The translations under genes were made by a program, and so were the position numbers. Below the pieces are notes generated by a model that saw nothing but the letters and a program-made list of their open reading frames with translations, was not told the DNA's origin and ran no database searches. Below, in pieces: positions 10,256 to 21,224 of a stretch of DNA of 64,000 nucleotides; within the stretch, counting starts at the first letter, position 1; every line of letters starts with the position of its first letter. This DNA comes from an uncultured bacterium (GTDB lineage Bacteria > Chloroflexota > UBA5177 > JANWHV01), in NCBI GenBank assembly GCA_963827235.1, contig CAWHAE010000012.1, positions 160,001 to 224,000 of the forward strand. Direction: 5' to 3'.

Positions 10256-10715
10256 CGTTGCCCTCCTTACAGCTCTCGTCTGTTCATCGACTTGAGGTAC
10301 AAACCCGTTGCTCGCGTGATTCCGACCACCACGCCCCTGCCGTCACGGTCCCTGAGGCCATGGAGGCGGCCGGTGTCCCGGCAGGCCGTCTGGACCGGGC
10401 TTCGAATTGCCGGCAAAGCAGGCCGGCAGAGGACCACCATCTGCGCCGCCTGCGCGAGGCGGTACCCCAGGCAGGCGTCTTCGGCGGCGAATTGGAGAAC
10501 GAAAGGTTGGTGATCGCAATTGCGGCATGCTCCGCGATCGTCTCGGTCGAGGGACGGTATGAGCTTGGGCGTGGGGTTGTACCTCTCAGCATACGCTCGG
10601 TCTGGTTCAAAGTCCATCCACGGCCAATCCGCGGGGCCTCTGCCCGAGTAGCTCGAGGTCAGCAATCGCTGTATGCTGTAACGGCATAATCCAGGAGAAG
10701 CGTGAGGGCAGATGC

Positions 10716-11690
10716 ATGCCACCGGTGATCCGCTACCAGGTCATAGAGGGTTGGGAGAAGCTACCGGATGGCTTCACCCACCAAGACTGCGTCGGAGTCG
10801 GCGTCGACACACAGGACAACGTGTACCTGTTCACGCGCGGCCAGTCACGCGTACTCGTGTATAGCCGTGAGGGAGAGTTCCTCCGTTCCTGGGGTGAGAC
10901 GCTCTTTACCCCGCGCACCCACGGCTTGACGCTCAGCCCAGACGATCGCGTGTACTGCGTGGACGAGGGCAGCCACTGCATCTATGTCTTTACTCTTGTG
11001 GGTGAGTTGATCATGACCCTCGGCTCCCCGGGCACGGCAGCCGAGACCGGCTACGATGGCCGTACGATGGAGAGTATCCGCGGCGGGCCGCCGTTCAACC
11101 GGCCAACCAATCTCGCCGTCGCACCGAATGGCGACCTCTATGTGACGGATGGCTATGGCAACTGCAAGGTCCACCACTTCTCGAGCACGGGCAATCTCGT
11201 CCAATCCTGGGGTGCGCCCGGCAGCGGCCCCGGTGAGTTTTACCTTCCGCATGGCATTCGCGTGGCAGCCGACGGACGCGTGTTTGTGGCCGACCGCGAG
11301 AACGACCGTTTGCAGATCTTCAGCTCCGATGGCCAGTTCTTGGAGCAGTGGACTGACGTCCAGCGACCGACGAACATCGCCATTGACGCGGCGGGGAATG
11401 TCTACGTCGCGGAACTCTGGTGGCGGGTCGGGGACCAGACTCGAGGCCATGGCACGATCCTCGAGGAGAGGCCGGGCCGAGTGAGCATCTTCGACGCCAC
11501 CGGCAAGCTCCTGGCCCGCTGGGGCGGTCCCGACCGCTGCGCGCCTGGCAACTTTGTTGCGCCCCACGACATCGCTGTGGACTCCCATGGCGACGTGTAT
11601 GTCGGCGAGGTGACGCATACCCATGGCGGGCCGACTGGGCTGGTGGGCGCCGAGTGTCACTCCTTCCAGAAGTTTCGTTGCATGGATTAG
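10716..11690 (+). CDS. NHL-repeat beta-propeller protein (PAL-like family)
   Basis: Repeated PTNLAV/PHGI/PHDIAVD blades, YVTDGYGN, VADRENDRLQIF. Confidence 0.9.
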   Translation: MPPVIRYQVIEGWEKLPDGFTHQDCVGVGVDTQDNVYLFTRGQSRVLVYSREGEFLRSWGETLFTPRTHGLTLSPDDRVYCVDEGSHCIYVFTLVGELIMTLGSPGTAAETGYDGRTMESIRGGPPFNRPTNLAVAPNGDLYVTDGYGNCKVHHFSSTGNLVQSWGAPGSGPGEFYLPHGIRVAADGRVFVADRENDRLQIFSSDGQFLEQWTDVQRPTNIAIDAAGNVYVAELWWRVGDQTRGHGTILEERPGRVSIFDATGKLLARWGGPDRCAPGNFVAPHDIAVDSHGDVYVGEVTHTHGGPTGLVGAECHSFQKFRCMD

Positions 11691-11852
11691 CGTTCTCGGT
11701 TCAGTGAGGGCAGTCGCCAAGAGTTGTTACGCCCCTTCCGGATGCTGCGCAGCCGCAGCTTGCTCCTCTCCTGACTGTACGCCGCAGGCCATGCGTGCGC
11801 TGCGTTCTGCCAGGGGATGCATGCTCGACACACCCCTGATCCGCTCTGGCTT

Positions 11853-12734
11853 CTACCGGGCATCCAGTGCAGGCTTGAGTACCTCTTCCGCCCACTGCCG
11901 GAAGCTGATGGGGGTCGTGTTCTCCGCCGTGCGCTCGAGCCCGTTGTCCAGCCCGTGGGCCTTGGCGATGTCCATGTCGATCATGCTTTGAGCCATCGCG
12001 TCCGAGTAGCCGAAGCGGATGTAGCCCTGCTTGTCCTGCTCGCGGCTGCCTTCCTCAAACCGGATCGGCGTGCCGAGCACGTCGGTAAGGATGGCGGCAA
12101 TTTCGTTGAGCGAGAGGTCCTCCGGCCCGAGGACGCCGAGGCTGTCCTGCCCGGTCCAGGTGTGGTCAAGTAAGAGCCGTGACGCTACGGCGGCGATGTC
12201 ACGGGTGTCAACCGTCGGCACCTTGAGATCGCCGGGAATCGTGCCGCGGATCACACCATCACGCTTGATCGACTGCACCTGGTGGAGGATGTTGTCCATG
12301 AACGAGGGCATCGTCAGCGCGCGGAGATGCACCCCGGTGCTGCGGAGCAAGTCTTCCATCGCCAGCGACGCCGATACGTGGCCGGCATAGCGCTGCTGGC
12401 CACGTCCGAGCGCCGAGACGGTCACGACGCGCGAGACACCATGCCGCACGATCGCGTCGGCGGCAGGGATGCTGAAACTGACATAGGCGTCGTAGACACT
12501 CTGCGCTGTACGGTCCGCCGGAACGAGCCAGAACACGGAATCCGCGTTCTCGAAGGCGTGATCTACCACATCGCGCTCCCTGTGGGAGCCGGCGACGACC
12601 TCCACCCGGTCCCGAACCTCCGGCGGAAGTCGATTTGGGTCGCGGACGATGACGCGGACGGGCTCAACGTGCCGCCGCAGATTCGAGAGAACCTGGCTGC
12701 CGATGTGACCGGTCGGGGCGGTGACTACTATCAT
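11853..12734 (-). CDS. NmrA-like NAD(P)H-binding protein
   Basis: MIVVTAPTGHIG Rossmann start, FMDN, VDTRDIA; AGGAG RBS. Confidence 0.88.
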   Translation of the reverse strand: MIVVTAPTGHIGSQVLSNLRRHVEPVRVIVRDPNRLPPEVRDRVEVVAGSHRERDVVDHAFENADSVFWLVPADRTAQSVYDAYVSFSIPAADAIVRHGVSRVVTVSALGRGQQRYAGHVSASLAMEDLLRSTGVHLRALTMPSFMDNILHQVQSIKRDGVIRGTIPGDLKVPTVDTRDIAAVASRLLLDHTWTGQDSLGVLGPEDLSLNEIAAILTDVLGTPIRFEEGSREQDKQGYIRFGYSDAMAQSMIDMDIAKAHGLDNGLERTAENTTPISFRQWAEEVLKPALDAR

Positions 12735-12761
12735 GGTTGTGTGCTCCTGTTCAGCTAGTAT

Positions 12762-12784
12762 GTATACTCTACTGTACCGTTTAC
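12762..12784. promoter_or_regulatory. Putative TetR operator between divergent nmrA-like and tetR genes
   Basis: AT-rich imperfect palindrome GTATACTCTACTGTACCGTTTAC in a 69-bp divergent gap. Confidence 0.5.
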
Positions 12785-12803
12785 TTGTCGAGAGGGCAAC
12801 CCT

Positions 12804-13439
12804 ATGGCCAGACGCGGCGATAGGCTTCGCGAACACATCCTCGAGGTGGCCAAGAATGCCTTCCTCGAGTCGGGGTTCGAGCGCACCTCGATGGACACCG
12901 TCGCCGCCCGCGCGGAGACGTCCAAGCGGTCGCTGTACGCCCACTTCCCCACGAAAGATGCGCTCTTCCTAGCGGTCATTGACCGCGTACATGATCTCTT
13001 CCGCGGTCGCCTGCGGACCCCGGACCAGTACGCAGGCGACCCCGCCGAGGCGGCCGCGCTGTTCTGCGGGCGATTCCTGCAGATGCTCGGCTGGGCACCA
13101 GTCGTGCAGATCTGCCGGCTGGGCATCACCGAGGCACAGCGCCTGCCGGAAGCTGCTGCCCAACTACACGAGGCCTTCTTTGGCACGACCACCGATCGAC
13201 TCGCGGCGCACCTCTGCGACCAGTTCGGCCTGGACGCCGCGGAAGGAGCAACACTCGCCGCCCAATTGCTTGGGATGACGGTCTACCCCACGTTCCCGCG
13301 AGCACTATTCGGCCTCGGCGAATTCCGCGACACCGTTCCCGACGAGGCCTGCATCGAAGCCGACGTCGACATGCGCGCCATTCGACGAGCAACCGAGTCC
13401 GCGCTTGTGCGCTGGCGCTCGAGGAACGCGGCTGGCTGA
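12804..13439 (+). CDS. TetR/AcrR family transcriptional regulator
   Basis: GFERTSMDTVAARAETSKRSLYAHFPTKDALF HTH. Confidence 0.93.
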   Translation: MARRGDRLREHILEVAKNAFLESGFERTSMDTVAARAETSKRSLYAHFPTKDALFLAVIDRVHDLFRGRLRTPDQYAGDPAEAAALFCGRFLQMLGWAPVVQICRLGITEAQRLPEAAAQLHEAFFGTTTDRLAAHLCDQFGLDAAEGATLAAQLLGMTVYPTFPRALFGLGEFRDTVPDEACIEADVDMRAIRRATESALVRWRSRNAAG

Positions 13440-13539
13440 TTCACCACCCAATCCATGGATTCTGGCGCATGGCCATCACGACTACAGCAAAGGCGGGACC
13501 CCAAGAGCCGAACTCGCTGCGAAAGCACCCTACGCAGGT

Positions 13540-14162
13540 GCACGCTGATCGTTCTGGATCAGCATAGCCATCCGCTCGTGCAGGTCAGCACCACGGCCAA
13601 GGCCGGCGCACCGGGCGCGCTGCTCAGCGCCGACATCGACGGCGGCAGCATCCTGGCAGTGCAGGCCCCTGGTGGAAACGGAGCGGCGCTCTACGATATG
13701 ACCCTGACCGGGCAGGCCACCCCTTACGACCGCATCTTCCCTCCCAGCGAGCCTCCGATCAGCACGCCGGGCGGCACCCTGGTGGATCCGCGCCTCTTCG
13801 CCCTCAATAACGCCCGCCTGGCGGACCAGGATGTGCTGCTCATCCACCAGGCGGCGCTCGAACAATGGTCGTTTATCGGCTGCGGTGGCTGCACCGCCAC
13901 GCTGAGCCTTGCTACGCTGCACGGGCCGCATCGGCACTTCAGCGCCCTCTTCGGTCTGGCGGTCGCAGACCAGCATCTTGGGCTCGGGCACCTGCACCTC
14001 GCGGTGCTCAGCGCGGCTGGGAAAGTGGTGCGAACGGCCAAGGGCTTCACCCGCGCCGGCCACGGTCCGCAACTCCTGTCGATCAGCCTGGATGGCGGCG
14101 CGAAGCTGCAGATCGCTTGGGACGATGTGCCGCTCACGGTTTTCGCGCTGACCGTCGCATAG
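13540..14162 (+). pseudogene. Probable C-terminal fragment of a secreted protein with an NPCBM/NEW2-like domain
   Basis: Coding-like frame with no convincing start; FSALFGLAVAD...LLSISLDGGAKLQI pattern resembles NPCBM. Confidence 0.35.
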
Positions 14163-14239
14163 AGCCATGCGAGCAAAGGGGGGCCAGGGCGCTTCACTAG
14201 CGGTAGTACGGAAGCGCTCTTCCAGTCTACCTGTGCGCC

Positions 14240-14552
14240 GCTGGCCTGATGCTGCCCGGCTACGGCACGTACGATGCGAGCAAACGGGGCAGTGGAGCAG
14301 TTGACGCGCGTGCTCTCGAAGGAGCTTGGCCCAAAGAACATCACGGTGAACGCCGTGTCCCCCGGGGCCACGGAGACGGAGCTGTTCCACGCGGGGAAGA
14401 GCGACGCGTTGATTGCCAGCTTCGAGCGCATGTCCGCCTTCGGGCGGCTCGGTCGGCCCGACGACATTGCCGAGGTGGTGACCTTTCTGGCCAGCGAGGA
14501 GGCCCGCTGGATCACCGGGCAGACCATCCGGGTCAACGGCGGCACGTGCTAA
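14240..14552 (+). pseudogene. C-terminal fragment of an SDR oxidoreductase, frameshifted
   Basis: YDASK (YxxxK), one extra base near 14285, then GAVEQLTRVLSKELG...VNAVSPG...WITGQTIRVNGG; N-terminal Rossmann half missing. Confidence 0.85.
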
Positions 14553-14869
14553 TAGCAGCTGAGGGTGCGTCCAGACGCAGGAGTGGTGCGTGAGCGGGCA
14601 GAGAGGTCGAAGTGCTCGCCCGCCTGCGGAGACGACCCGGCCCACATCGGAGAAGGGGGTGCGGCCGATGCCTGCGAGCGCATCCCGCATCGGCGGCAAC
14701 AACGCCGCCTGACGCCGGCCGGGACGTTGGTGAGCCGGTGCGGAGCCTGGCACGCCTCATCAGCACCTTCCGTGGAGAACGGTCGCCGGTGTGGCGGTGA
14801 AGGGCGGCTGATGCAGAGCGGAGCAGCGACGAACACCGCATCACGGGAAGGTGTCAACGTGTAGGGTGA

Positions 14870-15170
14870 CTATGTGGCACCGGGCTCTGCTTCTGGACCG
14901 CACAGGGGCAACCGTAGACAGAAGACGCTTCCACCAGGACCGGTCGCCTCCAGGTCGAGCGTGCCGCCCATAGCCTCGGCACAGACCCTACCTAGATACA
15001 AACCCAGTCCGGTGCCTACGTGGCCTGCACGCATGCGGCTCCCCGGCACGCGCCCGAAGCTCGAGAACAGGATGCTCCGGGCCTCCTCTGGAATACCGGA
15101 TCCGTGGTCGCGTACGCGCACGGTGGCCAAGTCGTTCTGCTCCAGCCAGCGCAGCTCGATCGCATCGCAT
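14870..15170 (-). pseudogene. Isolated HATPase_c C-terminus of a sensor histidine kinase
   Basis: VRDHGSGIP (G1), LFSSF (F), GTGLGL (G2), AMGG, GSVFCLRLP; no H-box upstream. Confidence 0.8.
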
Positions 15171-15345
15171 CCTATCGGTGCCGGGCCGTGGGATGGAGCA
15201 AGCCACCGACGGGGACACGATCAGCTTCGCCGGGCGGGGCCATGCGGCGTGGGCGGCGCGCAGTCTATGGCCGCATTGACTTGTCCTGCCGGCGCGGTAC
15301 CGTAGCAGCATGGTAGTGAGATGAGCGGCGGCGAGGAGAGCTAAC

Positions 15346-16326
15346 ATGCGCGCGATCGTGATTGAGCGTCCGGGCGGGCCCGACGTCCTGCGGCTGGGCG
15401 AGCTTCCCGATCCGGTCCCTGGCCCCGGCGAGCTCGTGGCGCGCGTGCGCGCCACGGCGCTGAACCGGCTGGATCTGGCCCAGCGCGAAGGCAGGTACCC
15501 TGTGCCGCCCGGCGCGCCGGCCACGCTGGGCGTCGAGATGGCCGGCGAGGTCATCGGCTGGGGCGACGGAGTGACCGGCTGGTCGCGCGGCGATCGCGTG
15601 TGTGCGCTGCTGCTCGGCGGCGGCTACGCAGAGCAGGTGGCCTTCCCGGCGGCGATGGCCGTGGCCTTACCGCCCAGCGTCACCTACGAAGAGGGCGCCG
15701 GGATCCCGGAGGTGTTTCTCACCGCCTTCCTCAACCTGTTCACAATCGGCAATCTTCCGCCCGGAGGATTCGCCCTCATCCATGCCGGGGCCAGCGGCGT
15801 GGGCACCGCGGCCATCCAGCTCGTGCGCGAGAGCGGCGCGCATGCCATCGTCACCGTCGGTTCGCGGGCGAAGGCCGAGCGATGCCGCTCCCTGGGCGCC
15901 GTCGAGGCGATCGACTATCACGAGGGGCCGTTCGAGCCCCGGGTGCGCGAGCTGACCGGCGGTCGCGGCGTGGACGTGATCCTGGATATGGTAGGGGCGC
16001 CCTATTGGGAGCAGAATCTGGCCTGTCTTGCTCTGGCCGGGCGCTTGATCCTGGTCAGCGCGCTGGGCGGAACCTCGACCAATCTCAATATCGGCGCTCT
16101 GCAGGCCAAGCGAGCGCGCGTGATCGGCACGATGCTTCGACCGCTCCCCCTGCCGGAGAAGATCGCGCTCACCGAACAGTTCAAGGCCTTTGCCATGCCG
16201 CGTTTTGCCGGCGGCCGGCTCAAATCCGTGATTGATCGCGTGTACGCGCTGGAGCAGGCGCCCGAGGCGCACCGGTACATGCAGTCCAATGCCAACATCG
16301 GCAAGATAGTGCTGCGCGTGCCGTAA
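15346..16326 (+). CDS. NAD(P)H-quinone oxidoreductase, PIG3/zeta-crystallin family
   Basis: LNRLDLAQREGRYP, IPEVFLTA, HAGASGVGTAAIQ, NIGKIVL. Confidence 0.93.
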   Translation: MRAIVIERPGGPDVLRLGELPDPVPGPGELVARVRATALNRLDLAQREGRYPVPPGAPATLGVEMAGEVIGWGDGVTGWSRGDRVCALLLGGGYAEQVAFPAAMAVALPPSVTYEEGAGIPEVFLTAFLNLFTIGNLPPGGFALIHAGASGVGTAAIQLVRESGAHAIVTVGSRAKAERCRSLGAVEAIDYHEGPFEPRVRELTGGRGVDVILDMVGAPYWEQNLACLALAGRLILVSALGGTSTNLNIGALQAKRARVIGTMLRPLPLPEKIALTEQFKAFAMPRFAGGRLKSVIDRVYALEQAPEAHRYMQSNANIGKIVLRVP

Positions 16327-16616
16327 CCCAGTCGCCCGGCGGCTTGCCATCGCGCCGGCTCTTGTCCCAGGCACAACCGGCTTGGCGCTGTGCACCGGCT
16401 GCCCTCGCTGAAAGCTGTGCCGTTCGCAGTGCGCCGCGCCCCGCAGGCTGCAGATTTCGCGGGCAGTGCGTGCCTTTGCCGTTCACGCAAAGGATGAGCC
16501 GGCGAGCAGCTTGTACAGGCATTTCGATTTCGTGCCCTCGCCAACCGATTTCCTGCATCTCTATTTGCTAGTCAAAGACCTGCGCACGCGCTGCCCGCAG
16601 GAGTAGCTGAGCGCGG

Positions 16617-17754
16617 TCAGCACGCCTCCGCGATCCGCACGTCGTGTTCTTTGCCCGGCGCGGCGAAAGCCAGCAGGCGCGCGGCTTCGCCGGCCACCGA
16701 GTCGCGGCTGTCGTCCGAGAGCGGGTCGAACAGCTCGACCTGCAGCGTGGCCACGGCGGGTTGCCGCCGGATGGTCCAGCACCCGTGGACGAAGCCGTCG
16801 ATCAGGAGAGCGCCGCGCGTGAACACGCGCGTTCTGTGCTCGTCCGCGATGATCCGCGTGCGGTCGGCGTGCGAGAGCAGCGCGTTGTCGTACTCCGGCA
16901 GGAAGCGCGGTGGGACCGGTGCCTCGGCGTCGGGTCGCGGGGCATCCGGCAGGTCGAACAGCTCCTGCCCGTGCTCGTCGCGGAATGTGCGCAGCGTGGG
17001 CCGCAGGCGCTCGACGGGCTCACGAAGCCCGGTGAGCCAGCACCATGCCTGGACATCTCGCACGCTTGCCGGGCCGAAGGCAGCGAGGTAGCGCAGGATC
17101 AAAGCGTCCACCACGCTCTCCCGTGCCGGCGGGTGGCCCAGCCACGTTTCTACCGGGCACCAGGTCGGTTGGCCACCGGCGCCCCAGATTCCGCGCGGCG
17201 GAATCTGTACCAGTGGCAGCAGGTAGCGCACGGCTTGGGCCAGGGCATCCGCGTCATAGCCGGGCCACTGCGCGCCCAGGAGCTTGCCGAGCGCCGCGGT
17301 CGTGCGTGGCTGCTCCTCCAGCAATGCCCTGCCGGATGCCAGCAGGGCAGGCATGTCGATGCCTGCTATCCGCTTGGCGAAGGGACTCCCGCTGTACAGT
17401 CCGCGCTCCAGTACCGGCTGAAGCACGGGCCGGAAGGCCAGGCAGTCCCGGGCGGTCACCAGGTGGAGCGTCGTGCGCATCAACGGCACCCTCACTGCGG
17501 CTCGATTCGGCGATCAGTCGCGCCAGCTCCCCCGGCTGGAAGCCGTCGATCCTTGACCACAGGCCCACATACGGCGCCAGCGGTGCCTGTGCCTGCATGC
17601 CGGCCAGATGCTCGATCATCTCCTTCGCCGGGAGCGACGAGCGGGCCAGCAGGTGCTGGCGCGCCAGCAGGGCGCGATTGAGCGCGCGCCGGCTGAGTGC
17701 TTCCCCGGGGTTGCCGGCGGGGCGGCGTGCCGGCATGAATGCTCTAGCGGCCAT
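16617..17754 (-). pseudogene. AlkZ/YcaQ-family (HTH_42) DNA glycosylase, split by a single +1 frameshift near 17506
   Basis: N-part [12 protein letters not shown]...GMQAQ...GLWSR; C-part MRTTLHL, RYLAAFGPAS, RFLPEYDN; removing one base restores IADRAAVRVP. Confidence 0.85.
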
Positions 17755-17944
17755 GCCGGCCCTTCAGTCGCGGGGTGTCTCTTTGCTCGCGCGCGCCAAG
17801 CCCCTGCCCGGCGAGCAGGCGGTAGCGGTCGAACACGGGACGGAAGGCGGGGACCAGCCGGGCGGTGAGTGCCGCGTCGCCGGAGTCAGTGCCGGAAGTG
17901 AGAGAATAGAGTCTGTAGAGCTCAAGACACCAGGGAGGTAGGCG

Positions 17945-18916
17945 ATGAGGGCGGTAGTGATCGGCGCGAGTGGCCACGTGGGTACGTATCTGATTCCGCG
18001 ACTGGTGGAGGCAGGCTACGACGTTCAAGCGCTCAGCCGCGGCCAGAGCAGTCCCTACCAGGAGCACGGCGCCTGGCGGCAAGTCCGCCGGATAACCGTC
18101 GACCGCGTGGCCGAGGATGCCGCGGGCTCCTTCGGCAGGCGCGTGCGCGACCTGCGTCCCGACGTGGTGATCGATATGATCTGTTTCGAGCCCGAGAGCG
18201 CGCGCCTGCTGGTGGAGGCGCTGCGCGGCCAGATCGCTCATCTGCTGATGTGCGGCACGGTGTGGGTCCACGGTCCCAGCACCGTCGTGCCGGCAACCGA
18301 AGAGCTGCCGCGCCGTCCATTTGGCGACTACGGGATCAAGAAAGCGGCGATCGAGGATCTCATTCTGGCCGAGGCGCGCCGAAGCGGTTTCCCGGCCACC
18401 GTCCTCCATCCGGGGCATATCGTCGGGCCGGGCTGGCTGCCCGTCAACCCGGCCGGCAACCTCAATCCGCAGGTCTTCGCGTTGCTGGCCCGCGGAGGGG
18501 AGCTGGCGCTGCCCAACTTCGGCCTGGAGACCGTGCATCACGTGCATGCCGACGACGTGGCGCAGGCCTTCATGCGCGCGCTGGCGCGTCGAAGCACGGC
18601 CCTCGGCGAGAGCTTCCACGTGGTGTCGCCTGCCGCGCTGACGCTGCGCGGCTATGCCGAAGCCGTGGCTGGCTGGTTCGGGCAGCAAGCACGTCTGCGG
18701 TACCTGCCCTGGGCAGAATGGCGCGCTACCGTGACGGAGGTAGAGGCAACGGCGACCTGGGATCACGTTGCCCACAGCCCCAACTGCAGCATTGCCAAGG
18801 CTGAGCGCCTGATAGACTACCATCCACGCTACTCCTCGCTGCAGGCAGTGTATGAAGCCGTGCACTCCCTGATCGCCAGGGGCGTGATCGGTGCGCCGCC
18901 CCTGCAGCCGCTGTGA
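17945..18916 (+). CDS. NAD-dependent epimerase/dehydratase family protein
   Basis: GASGHVG Rossmann, YGIKK (YxxxK). Confidence 0.9.
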   Translation: MRAVVIGASGHVGTYLIPRLVEAGYDVQALSRGQSSPYQEHGAWRQVRRITVDRVAEDAAGSFGRRVRDLRPDVVIDMICFEPESARLLVEALRGQIAHLLMCGTVWVHGPSTVVPATEELPRRPFGDYGIKKAAIEDLILAEARRSGFPATVLHPGHIVGPGWLPVNPAGNLNPQVFALLARGGELALPNFGLETVHHVHADDVAQAFMRALARRSTALGESFHVVSPAALTLRGYAEAVAGWFGQQARLRYLPWAEWRATVTEVEATATWDHVAHSPNCSIAKAERLIDYHPRYSSLQAVYEAVHSLIARGVIGAPPLQPL

Positions 18917-18950
18917 GAACGAAGGGGCCGCCAAGCCGGGACAAGGTGGG

Positions 18951-21224
18951 CTAGCGCCACCAGGGGATCCTGGCAGCTTCGATCGTCGTGTTCACCGGCT
19001 GATCGAGGGTCAATGCCAGCCGCCTGAGCAGTTGGATCCACTCCGCGAGTGTGACGGCAGCCACGGCGGCGTGCGCGTCGCCGGGGTCCGCGCGCCAGTC
19101 CTGTAGCAGGCGCACCATGACCTGGCGCAGCTTCTCGACGGAGACGCGGCCCTTCGCCTCGACGGGCCGCATGGTTCGCAGGCGCTCACCGAGCTGCTCG
19201 AACATGGCGACCAGCGCGTGCGCCTCGGCATGAAGCAGCGAGAGCGCCGCGGCATCCCCGGGCGCCTGATAGCCTCTCGCTGCCATAGCGCCGAGCACGT
19301 CTCCGGCTACCATGGCGTGCGAGCCCGCGGCGACGATGGCGGCAGTGGCCTGCGGCGCGGGCGCATGGGCCCCGCGCTCCCGCAGCAGGCGATCGAATGC
19401 CTCCTCGGCCCGAGCTCGAGCTCGTACGGCGCCGAGCCGGGCTCGCGCTACATTCTCTGGCGCGCCGTGCCGCATCGTCTGGTCGAATGCCTGCCCGACA
19501 AAGTCTCCCGTGTGTTCCAGAAGCTCTGCCGCGGCTCGCCGGAATTCAGCCCGTGCGCCCCGCGGCCAGAGCAGCAGTCCTACGGCCACGCTGATGCTGG
19601 CGCCTACGACCACGTCCTCGACCCGCACCAATCCCAACCGCCAGCCTGCCGGTGAGATCAGATTGAAGAGGATGACCACCGTCACCGTGAAGGCTGCTTG
19701 CCCTGCCACGAAGCCAAGCGCGGTCGCCGCGTAGGCCGCGAGGAAGATGGCTATCGGTAGGAAAAGCCAGAGCACGCTTGTGTGCTGCCCGGCAACAGCC
19801 ATGAACGCGGCGCTGATGGCGAACCCACCGGTCGTGCCGGCGATCGCCTGCAGCGTGGTGCGCCCCGTGGCGAGCGCGTTGGTGCGCAGCACCGAGAGCG
19901 TGGCCAGCACGACCCAGAAGCCATGGTCAATCCGCAGCTCCCGGCTGATCAGCACGGCCAGCGCCAAGCCGATGCCGACGCGCAGGCTGCCGTGCAACAC
20001 CGGCGATGAGGAGGCAAGATGGCTGCGCACCGTCGCGGCAATTCGCTGCACGAGCCCGACCGTCCCCGACCGGAGCGGCGTCTCGAAAGGGAGGTCAAGG
20101 TCGGGCTCCAGCCTGTGCCCGGCCACGATCATGGCACTCCCGCCGGCCGCCAGCACCAGGTAGGAGACGACGCGCAGCGCGTCGTCCGCCTGCATGGGGT
20201 CGAGGATCTCCTCCACCGGCGCGCCGCTCGCCAGCTCCTGCTCGGCCCATCGATCCAGAGCCTGCCGGTGTGCCGCGCGGGCATTCTGCAGCTCGTGCAG
20301 ATCCAGTCCCGTGTCACTGCCTGCCAGCAGATCGGCACATCCCTCGAGCGCCCGCACTACCGAGGCAGACAGTGCCCTTCCGGCCACGAGGCAAGGGTGC
20401 TCGGCCGACAGGAACGTATCCAGCGGGCCTCTGATCAGCGTTTCGATGCGCGACAGCTCCGCGATCAGTTCGGCGAATGCTCGAGCCCGCCGCACCGGCC
20501 CGGCGGGTCGTTTCGGCGTGGCTGCATAGGAGCGAAGCACGGTATCCACTGCTGCCCTTGCTTCCGCCCGCCGGGCAGGAGCGCTCCCGGTAGCGTGCCG
20601 GTCGGCGGTAACCAGTGCCGCGAGCGCCCTGCATGCCTGAGCTGCCTCGCGATACAGCGTATTCTGCTCGAAGCGCGGCCACAGGAACACGCCCGCGAGC
20701 GTAGCTAGGGCTCCGGCCAGACACCACCCGGCCACGCGAGGGCCAATCGACGATGCCGGGGCCGCGATGGAGGCGGCAAGCACGAACGATAACTGCACCG
20801 CTGGCTGGCAGGCTGCCGCGTAGCCGCCGAACACTCCGGCGAACTGCACGCAGAATCCCACCACGAGCATGGTGAGACCGGCCTGCCAGGGAACGGGAGA
20901 GACGAGACTGCCGAGCGTGACCAGCGCCGCGCCGACCAGCGTAGTGCCGACGTAGGCGCAGGCGCGCGGCCCGCGAAAGCCTCCGAAATCGGCCAGCACG
21001 AGCAGGGCAAAGCAGCCGAAGACCACGAAGGTGGTGAACTGGGGATCGCCGACCGCCAGCTTGGCAAACGCGAAAGCGCTCGGGGCAACCAGCGCGGTAC
21101 GCATACCGCGGCGCAGCCCGGCCAGACCAGGGTCGCGCGGCAGTCGTGGCCGCAGCCGCGAGATCGCCTGCCACGAGGTAGCAAGACGATCTCTCCGGAC
21201 CGGACTGCCGCTGACTGCATCCAT
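18951..21224 (-). CDS. FUSC (aromatic acid exporter) family membrane protein
   Basis: Two TM blocks; HGFWVVLATLSVLR, RVEDVVVG, LLWPRG motifs; RBS GGGAG before ATG 21224. Confidence 0.88.
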   Translation of the reverse strand: MDAVSGSPVRRDRLATSWQAISRLRPRLPRDPGLAGLRRGMRTALVAPSAFAFAKLAVGDPQFTTFVVFGCFALLVLADFGGFRGPRACAYVGTTLVGAALVTLGSLVSPVPWQAGLTMLVVGFCVQFAGVFGGYAAACQPAVQLSFVLAASIAAPASSIGPRVAGWCLAGALATLAGVFLWPRFEQNTLYREAAQACRALAALVTADRHATGSAPARRAEARAAVDTVLRSYAATPKRPAGPVRRARAFAELIAELSRIETLIRGPLDTFLSAEHPCLVAGRALSASVVRALEGCADLLAGSDTGLDLHELQNARAAHRQALDRWAEQELASGAPVEEILDPMQADDALRVVSYLVLAAGGSAMIVAGHRLEPDLDLPFETPLRSGTVGLVQRIAATVRSHLASSSPVLHGSLRVGIGLALAVLISRELRIDHGFWVVLATLSVLRTNALATGRTTLQAIAGTTGGFAISAAFMAVAGQHTSVLWLFLPIAIFLAAYAATALGFVAGQAAFTVTVVILFNLISPAGWRLGLVRVEDVVVGASISVAVGLLLWPRGARAEFRRAAAELLEHTGDFVGQAFDQTMRHGAPENVARARLGAVRARARAEEAFDRLLRERGAHAPAPQATAAIVAAGSHAMVAGDVLGAMAARGYQAPGDAAALSLLHAEAHALVAMFEQLGERLRTMRPVEAKGRVSVEKLRQVMVRLLQDWRADPGDAHAAVAAVTLAEWIQLLRRLALTLDQPVNTTIEAARIPWWR

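Noticed and set aside
10284-10610. Possible GAF / Fis-HTH regulator remnant (ETIAEHAAIAITN, LAQAAQM) upstream of the GlcG-like gene
   Set aside because: Matches are too short and in different frames to support without a search
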